Source: Atractiella rhizophila (taxonomy: Eukaryota). Taken from it: a DNA stretch of 47,620 bases. Positions 1 to 10,411 of the stretch are shown here, in pieces (the stretch's first letter is position 1; the number at the start of each line of letters is the position of its first letter). The DNA lies in NCBI GenBank assembly GCA_021432655.1, contig MU271278.1:62001-109620 (forward strand). The letters run 5' to 3'. The notes under the pieces were generated by a model that did not search any database, was not told where the DNA came from, and worked only from the letters and a program-made list of their open reading frames with translations. Position numbers and translations under genes: made by a program.

Positions 1-512
1 CATCTTGAGGGCCTCCATATCTTTCTTCAGTCTTATAACTTCATTTTGGAGCGTATTTCCTTCAGCTAAGAGTTGATTGATGTAACCCTTGAGCTGTTCT
101 GAGGAAGCTGTTTGGATATTGAATGATTGGTCTGCCATGGCATTAATAAGAGTAAAGGGGTGGAGAGGAATGGTGGTTGGAAAAGGAAGATTGGTTCTGC
201 AATTATGGCTGACACTCTGTAAGGCTATTGAGTAGGGGGCTGCCAAGTAGAGTGGATATCCTAAGAGAACCAATCTAGATATCTCACTCTATTGGTAGGG
301 ATATACATAAGCAGACAGCCACAAGTTCCAGAATGCTCCAGCATATTCTACCATTAACTCTATTTGCCACATGCCTGATAGAACCTTCTAGACCATTTGC
401 CACATATTCCAGAATGTGAGTCATGCTCCATGAGCAAACCCTGACAGGAAAGGGACATGCCAATAAGTCCCAGATCAGCACAGTCAGATGGTGCGAGCAG
501 CAGAGATTGTTA

Positions 513-1537
513 ATTTTTTTTTGAAAATCTCTTTCCTATTAATGAGCTTTTTGGACCTGAAGGTCATGAAGCTCTCCATCGAGATATGTAGAAAACATGG
601 AACTGCGGGTGGTCGCCATCTCCTTTAACCCTCCTTTTCTCCCTGCAACGACACCTCCTGCCTGCTCCTCTCCAATCCCATGGTCCCTTACAAGGTGATG
701 TGTTCGCCTGCATTTTGCATGGCAACTAAGATGGCTGGGTGAGAGACAAAACTCCTTGGAGGAAAGGTTTTGATGCAATGCTTGATTACAGCTGTTGTAA
801 AGGGTTGTTAGATGCGTGTTTCATAAAGGGGAATAAAAGAAGTAGAAATACAATGAATACATGAAAGACAATGTGGAAGAAAGAAAGGGCTGTTTAAAAG
901 AACGAATAAAAGGCAGTGAAAAGGAAGACCAAAATTTAAAGGGTTAAAGAGAAGGATTCAGAAAGGCTTAACTTTAAAATTGTGCCGTCGTGAGGGGAGA
1001 GAATAGTCCATCTTATCGTACTCCAACCCAGATGCCAGACGGTAGGGAAGCATCATGCTCCTTCTTCTTATGTCTAAGGACCCTCTCAGTTGCACAAGCG
1101 TGGATGGGAAACCTCCTAGATGCACGGATAAACTTCCATAGCGGTGGAAGGTGTCAGAGTTGGAGAGGACTGTGGTGTAGCTCGTAAGGCATACACCTAC
1201 TTTGGCCAAGTTCGCCTTAAAGATGTTGCGGTGTCTCCTGTATCTCCCACATGCCAAAAGGTAGTGCTTGACCATCTCACGGGAACGACAAAACTCACAG
1301 AGAGGGCCTCCTGCACCTTTCTAGTAGTCCCTGAGGCCAATGCGCCTGATCCTAGCTGGCGCTTTGACTGTCCGAGAAAATGACCACATTAGGAGGGAAG
1401 ACTTCGTCTTGTGACAGGCATCCTCGTGTGACTCTGATGGCTGTCAACTCCACCTTGAAGACTGAGTTCCTTCCTGCTTCTTCCAGCCTGACATATCCTC
1501 TCCATCCCAACTCCAACTCCATTGTGGCTGCTCTCAC
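513..1537 (-). mobile_element. Decayed 3' fragment of a Tad1-like LINE (RNase H and C-terminal Cys/His knuckle relics, 3' UTR, poly(A) tail)
   Basis: Minus-strand translations NSVFKVELTAIR..VVIFSDSQSA (RNase H) and RETVKHYLLACGRY resemble the larger LINE at 1988-6200. The T-run at 514-522 is a poly(A) tail on the minus strand. The 3'-terminal motif is shared with the other LINE. Confidence 0.8.
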
Positions 1538-1539
1538 TC

Positions 1540-1985
1540 CCAGAATCCCAAGGTTATGACGCTATCCTGGTAGTAGTCGATAGACGTTCAAAACAGTCAC
1601 ATATGATCAAAGCCTCTTCAACCATGGACTCCTTAGGATTGGCAAAACTCTTTTGCGATCACATCTGGAAGCTCCATGGCCTCCCAGAAGAGATAATTTG
1701 AGATCGAGGATAGGAATTCATCTCAGACTTCACCACAGCCCTCTATGTACTTCTTGGCATTCAAGCAGCTTCATCAATAGCATAACATCCTCAAACTGAT
1801 GGTCAAACTGAGCAAGTCGATTAAGAGATAGAGACGTACCTTCGGATTTTCATCAACTATCGACAGAATGACTGGGTAGGATGGCTGCCTATTGCACAGT
1901 TCTGCTACAACAATCAAGTTCACTCCTCCACTAGTCAGACTCCCTTCAGATTTAACACTGGTCAGAACTTGAAGATCCACCTCCA
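1540..1985 (+). mobile_element. Ty3/Gypsy LTR-retrotransposon integrase core, pseudogenised fragment
   Basis: Hand translation: GYDAILVVVDR..HIWKLHGLPEEII*DRG*EF..HPQTDGQTE..ETYLRIFINYRQNDWVGWLPIAQFCYNN..TPF, with in-frame stops and a frameshift. Confidence 0.9.
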
Positions 1986-1987
1986 AC

Positions 1988-4900
1988 ATGATGATGATGA
2001 TGATGATATCCATTAACGAGCTTTTTGTGACCTATGGGTCATGAAGCTCTCCATCGTGATTTAGTAACGTTATAAGCACCGGGAAACCATTCTCTGCCTC
2101 CTCTCATCCCCAACTACCTCCTTCTCCCCTTCCTGCTTCTTCCTGGCTCTTCATGGAGATAGGGCACCAATTTAAAGTAAACTCCTGAGATGGCTATTTG
2201 AGGGTCAAGGCTACCTAGCATGAGAGGTGTTGACAAGACGTGCTGATCTGTGGCTGCCAAGTATCAGAACGCAATTAGAAAGATAAGAAGCAAAAAAACT
2301 AATAATGACACATAAAGTACGCTGTTGTACAAGCAGAAGAGGAGAAATTATTGAAGAAATGTGGAGTAACGTTGAAAACATAAAGTAAAGAACTAGGAAC
2401 ACTTAGCTTGTTTGGGGTTGAGAGGGAGCATTAGCCTATACCCTCCTGAGCCTGTCCAGAACATTTGGCGTCGTGGTTGGCCTTCTTGTACCGAAGGATC
2501 CGTTCCTTAGAGTGAGTGTGCCATGAGAACCTGCCCGTAGCCCTGATGAACTTCCATAGGGGAGGGAGAGTGTCGGGGTTGGCGAGCAGCAAGGCGTTGC
2601 TTGTGATTCTGATCCCTCCTTTAGCCAGCATCACCTTGAGGATGTTAGGGCAAATACTATGTGCGGTCGCTGGTGGCGATGTGTCTTGTAGTGGAGATAA
2701 ACCTAAGCGCATGGTATGACATGAAGACTAACCGGTAGTGGAGATAAACCTAAGAGAATACTCTAAGGTCACCTCCACTACTCTCTGATCTATATATACA
2801 AGCGGAATAACACTGCCACAGAGCATAGAGGAGAGCAGATGAAACATGTAAGAGAACTAAAAGGGAAGTGACAGTGGGATTACGCGGAGTTAATAAGAGG
2901 AGGATAGGCACAATTGGGCTAAGTGGTGATGAGGTGCAAATGGGCAAATGGGCAAACAGGCGCCGATTTGCGTAAGATGCAAACCTGACAGAGGACTTCC
3001 CGGTGGTGTTTGTATTTCCTACAGAATTGCAGATAGTGTTTTACCGTTTCACGAGAGCGACAGTACTCACAAAGAGGGGACTCCTGCACCGCAGAACAGT
3101 GCAGGTAGTCCCCGAGTCCCACATGTCCCGACTGAGCTGAACGACTACCGAAGCGACTGGACGATGGAGGCCTGCTAGCATCTTGTATGTCTTGCTTGAG
3201 GAGAGTTCGCCTCTAGCTTTAAGGTGGTGTTTGCCTGAGACGGGAGGATGTTCTGGGCTAGGAGAAGAATAGGCATGGAGAGGGGCTGAACGGGAAGGGA
3301 TATGACGGAGGGATGTGGTTCCTCTTTGTAGCTCCTTTGACTAGATTGTCGATGAGCTCGTCTTCCTCAATTTCCAAGTGACCAGGGATCCACTGGAGAC
3401 GGAAGCGCACTTCTCGGAGAAGATTGGAAATAGTGCGGAAGCGAGAGTGGATATCCAGTTGGATGTGCTGTTCCGGGCGATTCTTGGTGCGAACTTCTAG
3501 AGCCTTGATTGCGCTCTGTCTGTCCGAGAAGATGATCACATTCGGAGGGATGTCCTCATCAAACTGAGCTATCCGACCAAGGGCGATGCGGATCCCCGTG
3601 AGTTCCCCTTTGAAGACGGAGTTGGGATTCACATCCCCTATCCTGACCACCGAATCCCATCCTGATTCCACCTCCAGTGCTGCCGCCGCCAGCCCATCCT
3701 CTGTGAGTGAGCTATCTGTGAAGATGTGAAGGTCCGTCCTGTTGTTAGCTACCACTTTGTACGCATCTAGCGCAGCTTCTTTAGAGTCAGGGATGAGCGT
3801 GGAGAAGATGGGTAGGAAGGAAGGGGGAAGTGGGAGAGTGAGAAGGACTTCGAGATCAGGAGGGAAGGAGATAGAAGAGCGGTGAAAAATTTTGTGAAGA
3901 GTGGAAGGAAAAGATCTAGGAAAGCCGTCCCTGCAGTCACGGGCCAGCGCTCCTGCAGGGTTAGAATTGGGTAAAGTAAGAAGGCGCAATGCGCTGCGAA
4001 AGATGGCTCTGTCCAAGCGGACAATAGGATCTGGTAGGTTAGAGTCATAGCAGAGGGCGGGGATGGGTGTGGACTTGAGTGTGCCCAGCATTATACGCTG
4101 AGCCAGGTGGTGGAGGGTCTCCAGCCTTTGTACTATCGCAGAGTGGATGCGAGGTTGGTGCCAAATGATAGCGGCATAGTCGGTGGCAGCGCAGACGATT
4201 GAGGTGTATAGACAACGGAGTTGGGTAAGAGGTATGCCTTCCATCGTCTTGGATAGTGAAGTGATTGCCATAAGGCGTCTTGCGGCCCTTCTCCCCGATT
4301 GAAGAGAGCTGCTGCTTCCAGAGGAGCTCCTGTCAAGAATGACACCAAGGAGCATTGTGCTATCCGACAACCTAATTACCTCGCCGACAAACCGCAATCT
4401 AAGACTAGTAGTTATCCTCTTGCGATTACGAGTGAAGAGAACAAGCTTAGTATTGTCTCTTTCGAACAAAGCCCCATGTTTCTCTCCCCACTCCTCTGCG
4501 TCCACCAGGATGTCCTCCAGATCTCTGATAGCCAATACTGCCGAAGCAGACTTGACTAGCATAGAGGAGTCGTTGATAAAACCTACTGAGAATGAGTTGT
4601 CTCACGATGCAAGTCGGAGGAGGGGAGAGATGTAGAAGAGGAAGAGGATAGGAAAAAGAGGGGAACCTTGGACCAGCCCGATCGGAATAGGAAGTTGGTG
4701 GGAAGAGAAGCCGTCAAATGAATAAGAAGTGGAACGACCGGCGAGCCATGATAATATCACTTCGCAGAAGTGCGGATCGACCTTTGCTTTGCAAAGGTTA
4801 GAAACCAGTTGTTCACGGATGACAGATGGAATGCTCCTTTAATGTCTAAGAAGGCTGCCGCCACCACCTCGCCTTTTCGCCAAGCCTCTGTGATGAAGTC

Positions 4901-6200
4901 CACCACCGTCGCAAGAGCATCGGTGGTGCTACGACCTGGTCTTCCTCCGAAGTGTTGCTGGGGTAACAGGTCGTGGTTTTCGGCGTAGTAAGATAGCTTT
5001 GCTGCTAGAACTCCATCAAACACTTTAGCTAAACACTTGTGGAGGGCGATTGGACCGTAGGCTTTGGGGATGGAGTAGTCGGGCTTCTTAGGCTTTCTTA
5101 ATATTGCCGTAGTGAAGCATTTCCACTTGTTAGGATAATATTTGTGGTGGTAGCACGATGAGATGATATGAAAGAGGACCTCCCTGATTTGTGGCCATAT
5201 CTCCTTGAGAACGCCGTTCGAGATTCCATCATTACCTGGAGCAGACTTCGCTTTCACGTTCTCAATGTATATGTCCAGCCCCTGAATCTGCATGTCTTTG
5301 AACGGGATCCAATGGGGCATAAGCTCCTGGTTCTCATCGTTTAAGTCTTTGAGGGAAGGGTTGGGGTACACGGTGCTGAAGACATCATGGAAAACCCTCA
5401 ATTTACTTTCGTTGTCATAGGTGAAGGAGTTGTCGGAATTTTTAAGGGGTGGGATTTGTCGCTCCTTGCTTTCGTACTTAGCGTACGATGAGGCGGTCCA
5501 TAGGGACTTGTCGGCTAGAAAGTTATTCCAGGGCTCACCCTTGCGCGTTTTGACCGGACGACAAAAGGATTGTAAGGCACTTTGCCACACTGCATAGTCC
5601 CTTGCATCCTTTGTCTTCTGGAATCTATTTCTTCGCTTCCCTGCCATAGCGCTTAGCTGGGAGAGCTCCTCGTCCCACCACCTTTCGAAACCTTAGACAC
5701 CTTTGCTTTGGACGTCGATGCCTCCAGCGCATTTTGGATTGAGGGAGTGAGAAACTCAACTGCAGCGTCGATTTCCCCCTCCTCCAGCTTTGATTCCCTC
5801 CTGAAGGGGTATTCCTTCAAGGTGTCCTCCACACTATCCCTGATAACTTCCCAATTAGCCTTTTTCAGGTCGAATCTTCCTAGATCCGCTAGTGGCTGTT
5901 TTTGGAGGTTGAAGGTGGTGAGGACGGGGAAGTGGTCAGAGCCGTGGTTCACCTCAGGGTCATGGGAGGTAACACACTTCTCTACTAGGTCATCAGCCTC
6001 TGCATTCAAAAACATGAGGTCGATGACTGTTTGAGATTCCCTTGATGCCCAGGTGACCACCCCTGGCTCCGACCTTAGCTCCATCCTTTCTTCCGTCAAT
6101 CTCGCCAGTAGCTCGTCAGCTTTCACATCCCTTCGAAGATAGCCTTCTTGGTTCCAGAGATCGTGGTGGAGGTTGAAGTCACCTCCGATGTAAAGAAGGA
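1988..6200 (-). mobile_element. 5'-truncated, frameshifted Tad1-clade-like non-LTR retrotransposon (APE endonuclease, RT, RNase H, Zn knuckle) with an (ATC)n tail
   Basis: EN motifs GGDFNLHH, IDL and GSDHFPV (5653-6200). RT motifs SAPGNDG, KPKKPDY, FGGRPGRSTTDAL, FLDIKGAF and QGSP; the catalytic DD reads FIND. RNase H motifs IFTD, GELTGI, IFSD and LQWIPGH. Knuckle CEYC..ETVKHYL..C. The (ATG)6 run at 1988-2007 is the tail. Confidence 0.92.
2643..2990. mobile_element. Solo LTR (348 bp) inserted into the LINE C-terminal coding region
   Basis: TGTTAGG...CCTGACA termini (TG..CA, imperfect inverted repeat). 5-bp target-site duplication GAGGA at 2638-2642 and 2991-2995. Removing it rejoins the LINE reading REVL|KVMLAK. 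Internal 20-bp direct repeat at 2688-2707 and 2735-2754. Confidence 0.9.
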
Positions 6201-6896
6201 AATTGCTCTCAGAGCTGAAATCAGAAATAAGGATGAAATATGTTAGGAGGTTGAGGTTAGGCAGAAAGCCCACAACTCCATCCTCAAACGGTCCCTTGAA
6301 TCTTGATGGGAACAAGTTATGATATCCTCCTTCCTGGAAATCTGTCAGCAACAAGTTGAGTTTGCTCAATGTCTTTTGCTTTCCAGCCAGATTGCTTTTG
6401 ATGACTATTATGCCATTTGGAGGAATAACACAACATACCAGGAACTCATTTCTCGCCTCCAGGATGTGACACCACTGTACCGTGAGGACTTCCTGGGTGA
6501 AAACGCAGCGTCTCCCATTATAGCGCTCCATCATCCAGTCAAGGTGGTCTTGACTTGGCTGCTAGCGGTAGATTGGGACGGCACTCGTGAGCAAGTCTGA
6601 GAGGGTGAGTGGAGATCTTCTGGTGGTATTGGAGGCACAGTCCCTGTCACATTAGACATCTTAGATAAACGCTAAAGAAAATTTAATAGGGGAGAAGGAA
6701 GATTGTGCCAAAGTGGATGACACTTGTTTTCGCGGGTTTCAATCTCGGTTCCGACGTGACTTTGTCCAAATCAATCTCACTCCCATCGACGTCTGCATCT
6801 CTCAACAAAGTGGCGTTCTTCTCACTCCGAACGCTTTCATCCTGTACTTTTACCTCTCCCTTTGCAATTCTTACGTGCACCTTCAGCAGCACCAGA

Positions 6897-9800
6897 ATGG
6901 CCGCCCAACAAAACCCTCTCACCATCTTTCGTACTGCGATCGCTGGACAACTGTCTAAGATTATCGGCGTCGAAGAAGCAAAAGTGTTTGAAGGTGTAGA
7001 CATTGGTGGGAAAAGGGGAGATTTCAGCGTTGCTGTGCCTAGGTTTCGGTTGAAGGAGAAACCTGATGAAATAGCGAAGAGGGTAGTGGAGCAGGTGCGT
7101 TGCTTCAGTTAGGGACACGAAAAGGGATGGTTATTTCTGCGCGTTTGTTGCTGGCGGAGACTATGGAGGATTCTTCCACTGCAATTAGTTGCAATGGACA
7201 CGCCAACGTTGGGGACGTATCACCTAACGGCACGGCGCATCCACGAGAGGTCTTATGAGATCTCTGTCCACAGATCTATATATGAAAAAAAATATATAAC
7301 CTGAATGATCATCAGGAGATGTCACAATATGGGGCACCTCCAGACGACCTATGTAACAATCCAAGACTATTCAGCTCAAATACACAATTTTTAGTTTGCT
7401 GCGTCTGAGTTCAGATACATTTGGACTTTACAATCCATATATTGGATGTATCTGATCTATGAGCTACTACAAGCAGGTTGTCTATTTTTTTTGGATTTCA
7501 CGTCATTCGATGGCAGCCTGATGACGACATTGTATCTATCTGTACTTTCATAAACCACTCCTCGTGCCCCTATTGGGGCAAGCGATAGGGGAGTTCCTTA
7601 TCACCTCATAGGTGCCATATCAATAACACAACGCCAAGTGCCAGAGTTCATACTTGTACATCTGGTCAAGTACAGATAAATGTAAACGGTCGTCTAACTG
7701 GATTTGCCCTTATTCCACGTAGGCTCTGGCTTGAAAGAAGCGGCACAGGATGCAGAATCCACCTTGTTTGCTTTCCTTCAAGATATAGGGAAAGCTCCAT
7801 GTAGCGTCACCTTGATCTCCCAGCTGTTCCTTGGATAACGTTCCAAAGATGACAGAGTTAATCTTCCTTTAAATTTGCCGATGATTGAATATTTTTAGAG
7901 CTAAATACATAATCTGAATGAATCTCGAGTAATATGTGGAATGCTGAGAAATTGGTGCAGTGGCAACCAAACCAGCACGTCGCTTCAGTAACCAACGAAG
8001 GCGTCTTTCTACATTTTCACCTAAATACGAGCGTCATGACCCGGATAGTTCTGAACCAGATCAACGACTCAACCATACCAAGCAAGGGCCTCCTGCCCTA
8101 TGGCTGGAACAAGTCGAATGAAGGCAAGAAGGCCATTATCGAATTCAGCTCGCCTAACATTGCAAAACCGTTCCATGCTGGTCACCTGAGGAGTACCATC
8201 ATGTAGGCTTCTTGAATGAGCGCTACGGTATACTAAATCCTTCTTCAGTGGGGCTTACCTCTCGAATTTCTATGAGGCAAATGGCTGGAACGTGATGCGT
8301 ATGAACTACCTGGGTGATTGGGGTCAGTTGTTATTCCTTTGTTCAAGCCTCCGGAATGCTAAGCAGTTGTGCCTCAGTCAGGCAAACAATTTGGTCTCCT
8401 TGCTGTAGGGTTCAATATGGAAGAGCCAGCAGCTCGTGAACAAAAGCTCGCGGAAGATCCCATTCGCTATCTTTACAACGTCTACAAGGATATTTGGGCG
8501 GCTGCTGAAAAAGATCCAAGCTTGCACGACCGTGCGAGGGAATTCTTCAAGAAGATGGAGGATGGTTTGTCTCGACTTCATGGCGTTGGCTTTTCTAATG
8601 CTGGAGGTACAGGCGACTCGGAAGCAATTGCACTGTGGACTAAGTTCCGTGACCTTTCGATTGAGAAGTACAAAGCAACCTACGCGCGTCTTAACGTCCA
8701 CTTTGATGTTTACTCTGGAGAATCTCAAGTTTCAAAAGAACAAATGAACGAAGCTTTGGACATCCTGATAGAACACAACGTCGTCTCAGAGGATTTTGGG
8801 AGCCTGAAGAAGCAAAATGAGGAAGCAGATGACAAGGCTGGACCACCCGATGAAGACGAGCATGCGACTGAGGTGAAGAAGGAAACCACCAACCCTGCGC
8901 CTTCCTCCTTTGCTGGAGAGACAGAAAAGATGACGGACGCCCAAAAGGAGGCGGCGAAAGGAGATGCGAAGGAACAGGTATCGAAGAAGCAGGCTAAAAA
9001 AGCTGATAAGGCAAAGAAGAAGGAGATGACGGAGGAGGAAAAAGGTGCGTTTTTGCCACGTACCCATTTCTGTGCTTACTAAATTGCCATTATGATCAGC
9101 GGAGAAAAAGGCCAAGGAAGCTGAAGCCAAACGACAGCTCGAAGTTGAAATAGCTGAACGAAAAGCTCGAGGAGAAAAGCCGGCGCTGGTCATCGATCTC
9201 GAGAAATACAGGTTAGGGAAGACTATCGTTAGGAAGAGCGATGGGACGACTTTGTACATTACGAGGGACATCGGTGGAGCGATTCAGCGATGGAACAAAT
9301 ACAAGTTCGACAAGATGATCTACGTCATTGGAGCGACACAAGAACAGTGTGTCTGCTTATACCTCACTTCATCGAAGTATTGACAACGTGCCTTAGACAC
9401 ACTGCACAATTTTTCAAAGCTCTCGAACTCATGGGATTTGAGTGGGCAAACAGGATGCAACATATCAACTTCGGTCAGCCGTGCCTACTTCCACGTGAAA
9501 TTGGCGCTGACGATGTGTCCAGGGAGCATATTGGGAATGTCAACTCGCAAAGGGACAGCCAAGTTTCTTGAAGACATCATGAATCACGCAAAGGAGGTCA
9601 TGCACACGCAGATGAAAGAGAATGCAGAGAAGTATGCTCAAATCGAAGATCCCGAACGGACGAGCGACATCATAGGAATGACTGGTGTTAAAGTCCAGGA
9701 CATGACTGCAAAAAGGTGTCTATTTCCCTCTTTCCACTGCTGTTAGCATTGACAGTGGTTAGAATTAACAATTACAAATATACGGAAGAGCGTATGTTTT

Positions 9801-10301
9801 CGTTTGAGGGAGACTTCGGTCAGTTGCACTCCAGCCGACTGTCCATTAGGTTCACAATACCGTCACAGGACCGTTCCTTCAATACCAGCATGTTCGCATG
9901 TGTTCTGTCGAACGTAAAGCAGCTCCAGAGATTGTTCTCCCTCCGCCGGAGGACATCTCCACTTCCATCAACACTGATCTTTTGACTGAGCCCGCCGCTC
10001 GCAACATCGTCTTCCTCCTCTCACACTACCCAGAAGTTGTCATCAACGCATATGAGGAAGCCCAAGCGAGCACACTTACCACCTACCTCTTCAAACTCAC
10101 TCGCGGTGCGTTAAATTCTAGCCTGAAATGATGTCTACTTACACAAGATATGCAGCCATCAGCAGCGCATGGGAGACGCTCATCGTCAAGGGTGCAGATC
10201 CAGAAACGGCCAAAGCCAGGCTTTTCCTTTACGTTTGCGCGAGGACGGTACTGAGCAATGGGATGAAACTCCTGACTCTAGAACCACTAGATAGAATGTA
10301 A
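6897..10301 (+). CDS. RARS: Arginyl-tRNA synthetase (multi-exon; first intron 7095-7960)
   Basis: [19 protein letters not shown] (HIGH motif), [29 protein letters not shown], and a C-terminus ending LEPLDRM*. Confidence 0.95.
7175..7865 (+). ncRNA. Putative structured RNA inside ArgRS intron 1 (unidentified)
   Basis: Nested long helices found by eye: 7530-7547/7668-7685 (17 of 18 pairs, including G-U), 7326-7349/7688-7714 and 7411-7420/7446-7455, plus several local hairpins. Strand is assumed from the host gene. Confidence 0.5.
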
Positions 10302-10411
10302 TTGCAATTGGGGTGAATTGTACAAAGATACAGCTACGGCTTGCTAAACATGTGTTCACCCAGTTACAAGCAATCATGAAAGAGAAATCAAGGGGAGGTC
10401 TACAGTAGGAC

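Noticed and set aside
7786..7905. GGGAAAGCTCC..AGAGCTAA as RNase P/MRP CR-I and CR-V
   Set aside because: The spacing is only about 100 nt and the other conserved regions are not recognisable.
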